64,000 nt of DNA from an uncultured candidate division WWE3 bacterium (GCA_963765125.1 CAVXUZ010000005.1:33596-97595), one strand, 5' to 3'. Positions 9,454-19,506 are shown, counted from the first letter of the stretch. Notes: generated by a model from the letters alone, not told the origin. Numbers and translations are program-made.

Positions 9454-10147
9454 ATACCCTGTTATTTTCGAAGACGACGACGTTTTAATAATTGATAAAC
9501 CTACAGGTGTAGTTGTTAACATCTCAGAAACATCACCAGAAAACACAATTCAAAACTTTTTGAATGAATATTTAAAGATTGATTTAAACGCGGACTCGGA
9601 ATATGTAAAAAGATCTGGAGTAGTACACAGACTAGATAAAGACACTTCCGGGTTACTCGCAATCGCAAAAAATGAAAACGCCTTTTTTGCGCTAAAAGAG
9701 CAATTCAAAACGCGAAGTGTGAGTAAGGAGTACATTGCAGTTGTTTACGGGTTATTAGAAGAAAAACTTATTACAGTAAAGGCGCCTCTAGGAAGAGACC
9801 CAAAAAATAGACTTAGAATGGCAGTTATTAAAGACGGTAGATTTGCGCTAACAAACTTTGAGACAGTAGGTAACTACAAGAGCGGAGAGCTTGATATGAC
9901 TGTAGTTATTGCTAAACCTTTAACAGGAAGAACTCACCAAATAAGAGTACATTTATCGGCGTTAAGCCACCCTATAATGGGGGATCCGGTTTATATAGGT
10001 AAAAAAAGATATTTAGCCACTTTCGACATTTTTAAAAGAATGATGCTTCATGCGTGGAAATTATCATTTGATCACCCAGTTACTAAGGAGAGAATATCAT
10101 TAGAGTCGCCATTGCCCGAAGAATTTAGAAGAGTTTATTCAAAATAG
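9434..10147 (+). CDS. RluA-family pseudouridine synthase
   Basis: Catalytic block GVVHRLDKDTSGLLAIAKN (HRLD...SG). Later GRTHQIRVHL motif. No S4 domain, so a short RluA/RluD-type enzyme. Confidence 0.8.
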   Translation: MSSTTNKYPVIFEDDDVLIIDKPTGVVVNISETSPENTIQNFLNEYLKIDLNADSEYVKRSGVVHRLDKDTSGLLAIAKNENAFFALKEQFKTRSVSKEYIAVVYGLLEEKLITVKAPLGRDPKNRLRMAVIKDGRFALTNFETVGNYKSGELDMTVVIAKPLTGRTHQIRVHLSALSHPIMGDPVYIGKKRYLATFDIFKRMMLHAWKLSFDHPVTKERISLESPLPEEFRRVYSK

Positions 10148-10174
10148 GAACAAAAGTTGATACAATCAAAATAG

Positions 10175-11230
10175 ATGCCAAGAGGTTCTGCCCGAAAAAA
10201 ATCTAAAAAACCCGTTAACAAACGCATTGAGAAAAAAATGCAAAAAGTTAGAAAAGTTGCAGTAGTAACTATTTTGTTTATGGTCGCAGCAACTTTTTTA
10301 AGCGGATATTTTATTTATAAAAGACTAAATTCCGAATTAGCATCAGCATTTTCCCCGTCAAGTTACAACATATTAGACCATGAAATATTTACAGTCGCAT
10401 ATTTAGAAGTAGATAATTTTCAAGATGAGCCGTTAAAAACAAAACGTGTAGAAATGTTAGTTTTTGATAAAAGTACACAAAAACTAGTGAAATATAACAT
10501 TCCTCTAAATTTGGAAATTGATGTACCCGGAAGATTTGGGGTTGAACCATTTAGCAACATATTGGCGATTGGGAAGATGGATAATAGCGAGTTATGTGTC
10601 GGTGCTAAAGTCGCCGTTGACTCACTTTTTAAGCTAATGGCGTACCCAGTTGATCGTTATGTGCTCGTTGAAGAGAGAACCGCCCCTTTGATAGACGGTG
10701 TTTTGAATGGTGAGTTACAGGCGAAAGCGATAGAAAGCGAGTTATTTCTAATTAAGGACTCCATAAAAACAAATATGTCGCTTAGGGAGTTATTTGACGC
10801 TTATTCTTTCGCCATGTCACTTCCTCGCGACCGCGTCATAACAAAGGAATATAGCATTTCTTACAGTGAAAACCCGCTTCTCTTAGACGAAGAATTTATG
10901 GATATTACCTTTGATACTGAGTTATCTAGAGAGGAGAAGAGCATCTCCATATTAAATGCTTCTGATTCTTCTGGAGTTGCAACATTGGGTGCCAGAGTTG
11001 TTAAAAACCTTAGCGGTAGGATAGTATCGGTTGGTAACGCGTCATCAACAAGAGAAAAAGGTGTAATTATTACAGACGATCTGACTTCTGAAACAACAAG
11101 AACTTTAATGAACGTATTTAACATAGAAGAAGTATTACTGGATTCTGATGCTGGAGAGTTTAATGAGAGTGAAATATCTCGTTCAGATGTAACAGTTATC
11201 CTCGGGATTGACTTTACAATATCGATGTAA
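10175..11230 (+). CDS. Membrane-anchored hypothetical protein; basic N-terminus, one TM, large extracytoplasmic domain (possibly LytR/CpsA/Psr-like)
   Basis: MPRGSARKKSKKPVNKRIEKKMQKVRK, then TM VAVVTILFMVAATFLSGYFIY, then a 280-aa domain. The architecture resembles LCP proteins but no catalytic motif could be verified. Confidence 0.35.
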   Translation: MPRGSARKKSKKPVNKRIEKKMQKVRKVAVVTILFMVAATFLSGYFIYKRLNSELASAFSPSSYNILDHEIFTVAYLEVDNFQDEPLKTKRVEMLVFDKSTQKLVKYNIPLNLEIDVPGRFGVEPFSNILAIGKMDNSELCVGAKVAVDSLFKLMAYPVDRYVLVEERTAPLIDGVLNGELQAKAIESELFLIKDSIKTNMSLRELFDAYSFAMSLPRDRVITKEYSISYSENPLLLDEEFMDITFDTELSREEKSISILNASDSSGVATLGARVVKNLSGRIVSVGNASSTREKGVIITDDLTSETTRTLMNVFNIEEVLLDSDAGEFNESEISRSDVTVILGIDFTISM

Positions 11231-11331
11231 GATAATTTTGATACATGTCTCTCTCCTTTCCAGCACCCGCTCCATATTAGGGCGGGTGTTGTGTTGTCTA
11301 AAACCAGATTTAGGATTTAGATAGTGAGATT

Positions 11332-13857
11332 ATGAATATATTATTATTAACATTAGGAATATTTTTAGTTTTATTTGCAATATTTATTGTTTTTAAAAGA
11401 ACAGTAAGTGCTTCGCATTCCGAATCGTCTACAGGATCAAAACTCGAAATTTTAGAAATCAACATACTAAAGGCAGTTGAAACAGACGCAGATATTCATG
11501 CCTCGTCTCTTGCTGCAGAAAATATGTTTGCGTCGCTGCATGGGTTGCTTCGTGAAGACGCCGGTCATCAAGAGCATTTTTCGTTTGAAATTGTTGCTAG
11601 TAAAGAGTTGGGGCTTCGTTTTTACATTGCAGTACCAACAAATATAATTAAGTATATCGAGGGGCAGGTTTACGCTCAGTACCCATCAGCCCAGATAAAA
11701 GTAGTACAGGATTACGTAGGTCAGCTAGACTTTGAAAACTCAGTTTATGAGATTGCAACCTTAGGTCTTACTAAGCCAAATTATTTTCCGATAAAGTCGT
11801 ATAGAGACCTTGAAGTTGACCCATTATCGTCGATCACGTCTGTACTTTCTCAAGTTACAAACGATGAGACAATACTGCTGCAGTACCTTGTCAAACCAAT
11901 CGGAGACACATGGCAGGAAGAAGGACATAAATATGTAAACAACGTCAGATTAGGTTTAGACGTTCAAAAAAATGCGTCACTATTGAGCACTACTTTAAAA
12001 GCAGCTAGTACTGAGGCGATAGGAATCGCGGGTGGAATATTTACAGGCATGTTTAGATATAAAGAGCTGGATACTTATGCGAGTAAACCTCAAAAAGAGG
12101 TTGTTAGGCTTACTCAAACACAAGATACTCAAATAAAGGCAATCGAGGATAAACTTTCGCGTATGGGTTTTGAAGTAGAAATCCGCGTTGTGTCAGCTGC
12201 AAAGACGCTCGATCAGGCAGAAAACAGGCTAAGGTCATTGTTGGCGACATATCAACAAATATCGACAACGACGATTAATTCATTTAAATCAAAGTTGATT
12301 GTAAATAAAAGCTCACACTTAGAAAAAATTAAAAATAGAACGTTTGAACCAGAAAATGCTTTTGTACTGAATACTGATGAACTTGGCACAATCTACCATT
12401 TACCATCGGCAAATATTATTACGCCAAATATATCTTGGGTCTACTCAAGAAAAACAGAACCTCCTGCAAGTTTACCAACGAAAGATTGCGTTTATATTGG
12501 TGAAACAGTTTTTAGAAGTGAAAAAACTCGTTTTGGAATTACTGAGGGCGATGACCGCTTACGACACATGTATGTGATAGGGAAGTCAGGTACTGGAAAA
12601 TCAACTCTTTTTGAAGGAATGATCGCGCAAGACATTAAAAACGGTTACGGAGTTGGAATTTTAGATCCGCATGGAGAAACTATCGACAAAGTGTTAAATA
12701 GGATTCCTGATGAGAGGATTGATGATGTAATATATTTCGATCCCTCAGATACCGACCGTCCGATAGGCTTAAATTTGTTGCAGATTGATGACGCGTCGCA
12801 GAAAAATCTTTTAGCTTCTGGGCTGTTGTCAGCTATAAAACAGCACTTTGATTTTTCTTGGGGACCCAGATTAGAGTACCTTCTTAACTACGCGATTTTA
12901 ACGCTACTTGAAGTACCCGGAACCACGATGCTTGGTATTACAAGACTTCTAGAGGACCAAAATTATCAAAACTTTATACTTCACCAAGTAAAAGACCCTG
13001 TTGTTAAAAGATTTTGGAATGAAGAATTCAAACAGATGAAGGGCAACCAAAAACTCGTCACCGAGGCAATTGCACCTATTCAAAATAAAGTAAACAGATT
13101 TTTAGCTTCAAGCACAATCAGAAATATTCTTGGTCAGAAAAAATCTACTTTGGATATCAGCGACGCGATGAACAATGGAAAAATACTTTTAATAAACCTT
13201 TCAAAAGGAAAAATTGGTGCAGATAACGCTAACTTGCTTGGTGCACTCTTAGTTTCGAGAATTCAATTTTACGCACTTCAGCGTGCAAACATACCATATG
13301 AAAAGAGAAGACCTTTTTATCTCTATGTTGACGAGTTTCAGAATTTTGCCACAGGCAGTTTTGAAGAAATTCTTTCTGAATCGAGAAAATATAAATTGGG
13401 GTTGTATCTAACTCATCAGTTTACCGCACAGCTCCCTGAGGAGCTGCTCAAGGCTGTTTACGGTAACGTTGGTACTATCGCTACATTTTCACTAGGTGCG
13501 CCTGACGCAAAGGCGCTTGCGAACGAATTTGCCCCATACTTTACCGCAGAGGACATTATTTCGCTGGAAAGATTCGAAATGTATATAAAACTTATGATAA
13601 ATGGTATGACCTCTATACCATTTTCAGGGAGAATACTACTACCGTGGGTAAAAGACGAAGCTATAGCCCCTATTACAAGCAATAGAGAAAAAGCATTGGC
13701 TTTAAGTAGGCAGAAATACGGAGTTGACAAAGAGTATGTCGAAGAGAAAACAAGAAAATGGGTAGACACGAAATTTGACAAAGGTATGGCAATTGCGCTT
13801 GAATATAAGAGAGAGGGAGATGAAAATACAAATTTAGAAAAAGGAGACCAAATATGA
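11332..13857 (+). CDS. Membrane-anchored P-loop NTPase of the VirD4/TraG/VirB4 (AAA_10/TrwB-like) superfamily
   Basis: N-terminal TM. Walker A RLRHMYVIGKSGTGKSTLFEGMI. GILDPHGE. Walker B-like RPFYLYVDEFQNFAT. C-terminal helical domain. 841 aa. Confidence 0.55.
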   Translation: MNILLLTLGIFLVLFAIFIVFKRTVSASHSESSTGSKLEILEINILKAVETDADIHASSLAAENMFASLHGLLREDAGHQEHFSFEIVASKELGLRFYIAVPTNIIKYIEGQVYAQYPSAQIKVVQDYVGQLDFENSVYEIATLGLTKPNYFPIKSYRDLEVDPLSSITSVLSQVTNDETILLQYLVKPIGDTWQEEGHKYVNNVRLGLDVQKNASLLSTTLKAASTEAIGIAGGIFTGMFRYKELDTYASKPQKEVVRLTQTQDTQIKAIEDKLSRMGFEVEIRVVSAAKTLDQAENRLRSLLATYQQISTTTINSFKSKLIVNKSSHLEKIKNRTFEPENAFVLNTDELGTIYHLPSANIITPNISWVYSRKTEPPASLPTKDCVYIGETVFRSEKTRFGITEGDDRLRHMYVIGKSGTGKSTLFEGMIAQDIKNGYGVGILDPHGETIDKVLNRIPDERIDDVIYFDPSDTDRPIGLNLLQIDDASQKNLLASGLLSAIKQHFDFSWGPRLEYLLNYAILTLLEVPGTTMLGITRLLEDQNYQNFILHQVKDPVVKRFWNEEFKQMKGNQKLVTEAIAPIQNKVNRFLASSTIRNILGQKKSTLDISDAMNNGKILLINLSKGKIGADNANLLGALLVSRIQFYALQRANIPYEKRRPFYLYVDEFQNFATGSFEEILSESRKYKLGLYLTHQFTAQLPEELLKAVYGNVGTIATFSLGAPDAKALANEFAPYFTAEDIISLERFEMYIKLMINGMTSIPFSGRILLPWVKDEAIAPITSNREKALALSRQKYGVDKEYVEEKTRKWVDTKFDKGMAIALEYKREGDENTNLEKGDQI

Positions 13858-14684
13858 ATCCTCAAGCACAAAACCATTTAGACGAGCTAAAGAAAAAACT
13901 AGCTCAAGTTGAGTCATTATTAATTTCAGCCAGAAAAAGTTTAGAAAAATTAGAACATGAGTATCTGAGACCAGATTATACTCAAGTTGAGGGAATGGTC
14001 GGAGTTTATGATGGAAAATATATGGTGGCTCAAGACGGTACTAAGATAGAAGTTCCATCAAATTATGCTGCAAAAACAAAATTGGTTTTTGGCGACACTT
14101 TAAAACAGATTGAAGAAGACGGAAAAAAGCTTTTTAAGCAGATCGAGCGCGTTGAGAGAGAAAAAGTTGAGGGCATAATGACAAAGAAAGAAGGGGAGTG
14201 GTACTTATTAACCGACAGAGGGTCGTACAAAGTATTAGACACCGCTGCCGATTTTCAAGGTGCAGAATTAAATAGTCAGGCGACAGCATTTGTACCCAAG
14301 AACAAGCTGGATTCACCATTTGCAACAATCGATATTATTGAAGGTTTTGGAAGAAAAGCAGAGCCAGAGAAGCCCCAAGCACCTGTTAAGCAAGAACCTA
14401 CTAAACAAGCGTCAACAAGACAAGCACCTTCTAAACAAGTGCCTGCAAAAGCAGAGTTACCGGCTAAAGTTAAGGAATCCCCGCAAGAAAAGCCTACCAA
14501 GACCGAAGAAAGAGAAAAAGCACCTGAAAAGAGCAGAAAACCTACCCAGAGTTACAAAAGAGAGAATAAACCGTCAATTTATAAGAAATCTGAAGCCGAA
14601 AAACCACAGCCTACAAATGAAGAAGTTGAGGAAAAACATACCCCAGCTAAAGAAATAGTGCTTGAAGCGGATGATTTAGTGTAA
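13854..14684 (+). CDS. Coiled-coil protein with a Lys/Pro/Glu-rich low-complexity C-terminal tail; translationally coupled to the upstream ATPase (ATGA overlap)
   Basis: The N-terminal 60 aa are predicted coiled coil. The C-terminus has repeats KPQAPVKQEPTKQASTRQAPSKQVPAKAELPAKVKESPQEKPTK.... 4-nt overlap with the preceding gene. Confidence 0.5.
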   Translation: MNPQAQNHLDELKKKLAQVESLLISARKSLEKLEHEYLRPDYTQVEGMVGVYDGKYMVAQDGTKIEVPSNYAAKTKLVFGDTLKQIEEDGKKLFKQIERVEREKVEGIMTKKEGEWYLLTDRGSYKVLDTAADFQGAELNSQATAFVPKNKLDSPFATIDIIEGFGRKAEPEKPQAPVKQEPTKQASTRQAPSKQVPAKAELPAKVKESPQEKPTKTEEREKAPEKSRKPTQSYKRENKPSIYKKSEAEKPQPTNEEVEEKHTPAKEIVLEADDLV

Positions 14685-14685
14685 A

Positions 14686-15369
14686 TTATTCTTCTTCTAT
14701 ATCGATACTTTCGGTTTCGGTAACGTCTAATTCAGGTTCGTCTAGAACATCCCTTTTCATAAAAGGTTTTTCTATTTGTTTTTCTGACCTGAAGATTGGA
14801 AATTTGCTCTGAAGCGCGATAACAACGCTTTCATCTTTTATTTTTATAACTTTGGCAGTAACGTGTTTATTGTCTTGTTTTGCTTTAAAGACAATGACGC
14901 TTGTTTCGTCTTTAATTTCTCCAAGATCTCTATCCTTTTCAGTATCTATAAAATTCAATTTTGTTTTGTTAATTCTTAAACCTAGCTCTTGGCCAATTTC
15001 AAGACTCTTTAAATACTTTTTCTCGGTTTTTAATTCAATCTGAACAGTTGTTCCTGGCTCTTTAATGTAGGCTTTTGTGAGTTTTGCAATATCTTTTCCT
15101 GCGACGTCGTCTTTTTTTTCAGCTGCGAGTTTATAGTTTTTTTGGGCGATTTTGTTAATGGGGTCTGCGTCGAGTATTTGCTTAAAGATCTTTTTTGCTT
15201 TTGCGTAATCCTTATTCATCAAGAGCGCACGGCCAAGTCTAATGGAAGCGTCCCTGTCATCTGGAATTTTCTCAAGGATCTCCCCATTTACCTTGATAGC
15301 TTCTTCCCAGTCTTGATTTAGGGCAGATGTGATAGCTTTTTTTTCTAACGCGCTAACGTTAAGTTGCAT
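14686..15369 (-). CDS. TPR-repeat protein
   Basis: Tandem TPR-like helices (AIKVNGEILEKIPDDRDASIRLGRALLMNKDYAKAKKIFKQILDADP). The start was moved to the internal ATG (MQLNVSALEKK) at 15367-15369, because the track start at 15474 overlaps the next gene by 29 nt. Confidence 0.55.
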   Translation of the reverse strand: MQLNVSALEKKAITSALNQDWEEAIKVNGEILEKIPDDRDASIRLGRALLMNKDYAKAKKIFKQILDADPINKIAQKNYKLAAEKKDDVAGKDIAKLTKAYIKEPGTTVQIELKTEKKYLKSLEIGQELGLRINKTKLNFIDTEKDRDLGEIKDETSVIVFKAKQDNKHVTAKVIKIKDESVVIALQSKFPIFRSEKQIEKPFMKRDVLDEPELDVTETESIDIEEE

Positions 15370-15445
15370 GAGTATGAACTTATCAAATATAAAACATTTG
15401 TCAATAAAAAAGACCAAGTTTGTTTTTAAACTTGGTCTAGTTTTG

Positions 15446-15691
15446 TTAGGAAGTCTGATGACCAACCCAACCATTCTTTCGACTTATTTCACTGATATCC
15501 TTTCTATCATGTTCAATAAGCTTTTTAACTATGCTTCTCGCCTTATCGAAGTTCTGTGCCCAGACTTTTACTGCTACGGTGTATGTAGTGATCACCCGGT
15601 TTTGACTGTCCAGTTTTTTAGCCGTTGCAAAGATAGTAAACTTGCGCTTACCCCCGCGCCGTTGTATTTCATCAAATCTGCTATTTGACAT
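15446..15691 (-). CDS. Small basic hypothetical protein (81 aa)
   Basis: ORF with no recognisable family. Basic and RNA-binding-like in composition. Confidence 0.3.
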   Translation of the reverse strand: MSNSRFDEIQRRGGKRKFTIFATAKKLDSQNRVITTYTVAVKVWAQNFDKARSIVKKLIEHDRKDISEISRKNGWVGHQTS

Positions 15692-15792
15692 ATCTTTTAC
15701 TCCTTTACTTTGGATTTAATGCCAGATCTTGATGGGGTTTTGCCCAATATACACCTAAACCAACCGCTGTTCAATGTGGTAAGATATCAAAT

Positions 15793-16338
15793 ATGAGTGG
15801 GCATTCAAAATGGCACAACATTAAAAGACAAAAAGGTCTTAATGACGCTAAAAAAGGCCAAACATTTTCAAAGTTGGCTAGGTTAATTACCATCGCTGCA
15901 AAACAAGGCGGTGGGGATCCTAATAGTAATGCAGCACTCAGGTTGGCAGTTCAAAAAGCAAAAGACGAGAGGATGCCAAAAGAAAATATCGAAAGAGCAA
16001 TTAAAAAAGGTACAGGTGAATTATCAGGAGAAAGCTACGAAGAAGTTGTATACGAGGCGTTTGGGCCCTTTGGAGGCGCTTTTGTGTTGGCTTGTGTTAC
16101 AGACAATATAAACAGAACCGTGTCTGAACTAAGAGCTCTTTTTAACAAAAATGGTGGTAGTTTAGGTACAAAAGGTAGTGCTGCATACATATTCAATACA
16201 CCAGACAAACAACCGAGTTTTTTTATTGACATAACAACAGAGGACGCAGCAGAAAAGATTGATAGTATTATCGAACTTTTAGAGGATAACGAAGATATAC
16301 AAGAGATCTTACATAATTATAAATTTCCAGAAGCATAA
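15793..16338 (+). CDS. YebC/PmpR-family transcriptional regulator (short form, 181 aa)
   Basis: MSGHSKWHNIKRQKGLNDAKKGQTFSKLARLITIAAKQGGGDPNSNAALRLAVQKAKDERMPKENIERAIKKGTGE is a canonical YebC N-terminus. The C-terminal domain is shortened relative to ~240-aa homologs. Confidence 0.8.
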   Translation: MSGHSKWHNIKRQKGLNDAKKGQTFSKLARLITIAAKQGGGDPNSNAALRLAVQKAKDERMPKENIERAIKKGTGELSGESYEEVVYEAFGPFGGAFVLACVTDNINRTVSELRALFNKNGGSLGTKGSAAYIFNTPDKQPSFFIDITTEDAAEKIDSIIELLEDNEDIQEILHNYKFPEA

Positions 16339-16340
16339 AA

Positions 16341-16814
16341 ATGATAATACTAGGAATTGATCCGGGTACAGCGAGCATGGGTTATGGAATTATTAAAGTG
16401 GAAAAAGACGGCCCAGTACTAAAAGGGCATGGTGTAATAAAAACCAGCGCAGACGCTTTAATGCAAAAACGCCTTGAGGTGTTGTACTCAAATTTAATTG
16501 ATATTTCAAAAGAATATAAACCAAATATAATGTCGATTGAGAGATTATTTTTTAACACTAACGCTAAGACCGCGATGACAGTTGGTCAGGCAAGGGGAGT
16601 CGCGATGCTTGCTGCGGCACATAGCGGGCTTGAAATAGTAGAGTATACTGCGCTTCAGGCTAAAATGGAGTTGACTGGTTACGGCAGAGCTGACAAAAAG
16701 CAAATGCAGGAGGCAGTTAAAAAGATCATTGGTCTAAGCGTGCCTATTAAATCAGATGATGCAAACGACGGTGTAGCAATGGCGCTATGCCACTATTTTA
16801 AATCGTCAAAGTAA
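16341..16814 (+). CDS. ruvC: Holliday junction resolvase RuvC
   Basis: MIILGIDPGTASMGYGII (catalytic Asp7). E-region IERLFFNTN. D/H motif DDANDGVAMALCHYF. 157 aa. Confidence 0.85.
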   Translation: MIILGIDPGTASMGYGIIKVEKDGPVLKGHGVIKTSADALMQKRLEVLYSNLIDISKEYKPNIMSIERLFFNTNAKTAMTVGQARGVAMLAAAHSGLEIVEYTALQAKMELTGYGRADKKQMQEAVKKIIGLSVPIKSDDANDGVAMALCHYFKSSK

Positions 16815-16815
16815 T

Positions 16816-17610
16816 ATGCATATAGATATAACAAGAAGACAAAGATTTTTTATTTTTACAGCAGCTCTTTCAGTACTTGTATATTTTTATTTAAAGCAGC
16901 TTCCTCAGATAAATATTCCACTAATTGCAATAATTGGTCTTTTAATACCGGTTGGATCATTTTGGGCGCATAGCCCTAATTCAAGAATATTAAATATAAT
17001 TGTGACAAGTATTACACCGATGGCTTTAGCCGGAGGGTATATGTTATCGATGGCATTTTTTCCAAACTTCAGTAACATATTTAAGATTGCCTCGATTGTA
17101 GTCTTTGCAAATATTTTCTACATCTTGTTATTAGTAAACAATGTATTTTTAGTGGTTGAAAGTAGGAAAGAGCCAATTCCGCTTTTTAGGGTGGCAATTA
17201 CTTGGAGTAAAATTCTGATTGCCGCGGTGGCGATTCCACTGTTGGCGGGGGTGTTTAAAATATCTGTAAACTCATTTTTTGAAGCTGGCATAACAACAGG
17301 TCTTTCGTTGTTATTTTTCATATATTTAACGTGGGCATTAAGACACGACACTGATGTTAAAACTTACAAAATAGGGGAGATTGCAGCCATTGTCGCCTTT
17401 GGCAGCTTTATGGTAACTGTAGCAAGTATTTCAGTCTCATTTATTCCTACTGAGACATTCCTAAGGGCTATGTATGTCGCATCAATTTTAATATTTGGTA
17501 TAAGTTACTTTGAGGCGCATCTAAAGAATTCCATCACAAAAAAACTAATTAATGAGCATATTGCAATCTCATTATTATTTTTAATATTACTTTTTGTATT
17601 TAAACCATAA
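16816..17610 (+). CDS. Polytopic membrane protein, unknown function (about 8 TM)
   Basis: 264 aa of hydrophobic helices. No motif recognised. Confidence 0.45.
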   Translation: MHIDITRRQRFFIFTAALSVLVYFYLKQLPQINIPLIAIIGLLIPVGSFWAHSPNSRILNIIVTSITPMALAGGYMLSMAFFPNFSNIFKIASIVVFANIFYILLLVNNVFLVVESRKEPIPLFRVAITWSKILIAAVAIPLLAGVFKISVNSFFEAGITTGLSLLFFIYLTWALRHDTDVKTYKIGEIAAIVAFGSFMVTVASISVSFIPTETFLRAMYVASILIFGISYFEAHLKNSITKKLINEHIAISLLFLILLFVFKP

Positions 17611-18468
17611 GCACAATCCGCTACAACAGCAACATTAAAGAAGGGGAGAGGGAAGTGAAAATACTCGAAACCTAGCAACCTATAGTATGCATTGCTAACA
17701 AATTGCGACGTAACCCTATAGTACTATGAACGTTTGTCATAAACTGCAACATATATTGCAGTATATTTTGGTGTTTATCTGGTCTACTGTGCAATAAACG
17801 TTGTAGTATACTGTCAAATATATTACAGCAGCAACATATAGTAAGAGTGTCATAGAGGGGGTAGGGGTGGTGTGGATAAGTCTGAGGTGCATTTAGAAAT
17901 GCAATTTAAATTCAACAGCCAAACATGGCGAAACGCTGAATAATTAATTTAATTAATAATAAATAGAGAATATATATGCTCGAAATAGACAGGAATTGAC
18001 TGCAAGACCCATCTCCACCTCTTTCCCCCCGAATAGATCTGGAAAGTGGATGACAAAGGCATCTTATATCAAGAACGTCGTTAAACATACATTATACGAC
18101 GTTACCAATCTATATAAAACAGGCACTCTCCTCAAGTATTCATCTCTTATTTTATTCAAGTCACTTGCCTTCTCTTTTTACTTCTCAATTCACTTGCAAT
18201 GTTTTTATAGTTGCCTATTGCAATCTCTTTATTCAATTTCAGTCGCATTTAAATTAATAATTTTTCAGCACAATTCCCTTGCAATTTCCGAATGATTTTT
18301 TGCTACATGTCTTTCTAAGTCTTTTAACTCCCCCTCTATGACTTACAAGTGTGCTTTATGTATAATAGGGGTACAGGAGAAACACGTCGCATCTGTTATA
18401 CGTTGTACTGACGATATAAAACGCCTGTGACGTCACAGAATGCCCTGTGAGCTCTCCTACAAAAAATC

Positions 18469-19506
18469 ATGAGTAAAGTATCATCAAACACAAGTCTGAG
18501 TGAAGCACTAGTCAAATATTTAGAGTTTTGCGAGATAGATCGCAACCTTTCCCAAAACACAATTAAGATGTATCACTTTTACCTCGAAGATTTTAATTCG
18601 TGGATAAGAGATTATTTGCAAAAAGAAGAAGTGTTACTATCTGACATCGACGGCGATCTGGTTAAAAAATATCGCGTATACCTAAACAGACGAATTAGTT
18701 CAAAATCTGACCAAGAGTACAAAAGATCAACACAAAACACTTTCTTAGTGGCGATAAGAGCCTTTTTAAAGTACTTAGTGGTTGAAGAAGAGCTCGAAAT
18801 ATTTCCACCAGATCAGATTATATTAGGTAAAGCAGAGGGCAGTATGCCTAAAGTGTTAAATGACGAGCAGTTATCAAGGCTTTTTCAGGTACAGAACCTA
18901 AATAGACTCTCTGGTGTTAGGGATCGCGCAATACTAGAGACCTTTTTTAGTACCGGACTGCGCGTATCAGAACTGAGATCCCTCAATATTGACGATATAA
19001 ATCCAGAGACGGGCGAATTTACTATTATTGGTAAGGGTAGAAAGGTTAGAACTGTTTATTTAAGCGACAGCGCAAAGAGCTGGCTAGGAAGATATATTGC
19101 ATCAAGACGCGATAATTTTAGACCGTTGTTTATTAGGTACTCGGGTAGAAAAATGACGGAAAATGACTTTACAGGTGAATCTTTGCGCATCACACCAAGG
19201 AGTATTCAAAGGTTACTTAAAAAGTACGTGATTAGAGCTGGTATATCTGTTGATGCCACGCCACATACACTTCGTCATACTTTTGCAACCGGGCTACTTA
19301 AAGAAGGCGCTGATTTACGCTCAGTTCAGGAATTACTAGGACACTCCAACGTTTCTACGACACAGATATATACGCACGTTACAAATAAGCAACTGAAGGA
19401 TACCCACAAGAAGTTTCATAGAGACCTCTACCCCTCTGAATCCCCTAACGAAAGCCTTTCCACTTTGTCAGAAGAAGAAGAAGATTCTGTGTCTTCAATT
19501 GCTTAA
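18469..19506 (+). CDS. Tyrosine site-specific recombinase of the XerC/XerD type with an acidic Ser/Glu-rich C-terminal tail
   Basis: N-terminal SAM-like domain (LVKYLEFCEIDRNLSQNTIKMYHFYLEDF). Catalytic RxxR...HxLRH...Y residues (RDRAILETFFSTGLRVSEL; TPHTLRHTFATGLLKEGADLRSVQELLGHSNVSTTQIYTHV). C-terminus SESPNESLSTLSEEEEDSVSSIA. Confidence 0.8.
   Translation: MSKVSSNTSLSEALVKYLEFCEIDRNLSQNTIKMYHFYLEDFNSWIRDYLQKEEVLLSDIDGDLVKKYRVYLNRRISSKSDQEYKRSTQNTFLVAIRAFLKYLVVEEELEIFPPDQIILGKAEGSMPKVLNDEQLSRLFQVQNLNRLSGVRDRAILETFFSTGLRVSELRSLNIDDINPETGEFTIIGKGRKVRTVYLSDSAKSWLGRYIASRRDNFRPLFIRYSGRKMTENDFTGESLRITPRSIQRLLKKYVIRAGISVDATPHTLRHTFATGLLKEGADLRSVQELLGHSNVSTTQIYTHVTNKQLKDTHKKFHRDLYPSESPNESLSTLSEEEEDSVSSIA

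Noticed and set aside
14686-15474. Long form of the TPR protein starting at 15474
   Set aside because: The N-terminal 35 aa overlap the next minus-strand gene by 29 nt and are non-TPR-like. The internal ATG at 15369 was preferred. This is uncertain.
17996-18295. 99-aa ORF in the long spacer upstream of xerC/D
   Set aside because: Low-complexity, Ser/Leu-rich, no start context, inside an AT-rich non-coding region. Treated as spurious.
18469-19506. Tyrosine recombinase as a marker of an integrated mobile element or prophage
   Set aside because: No phage, IS or conjugation genes flank it, there are no attL/attR-like direct repeats, and neighbours are housekeeping (ruvC, rnhB, gyrA). It looks like a chromosomal XerC/D-type resolvase. 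The long upstream spacer is noted separately.
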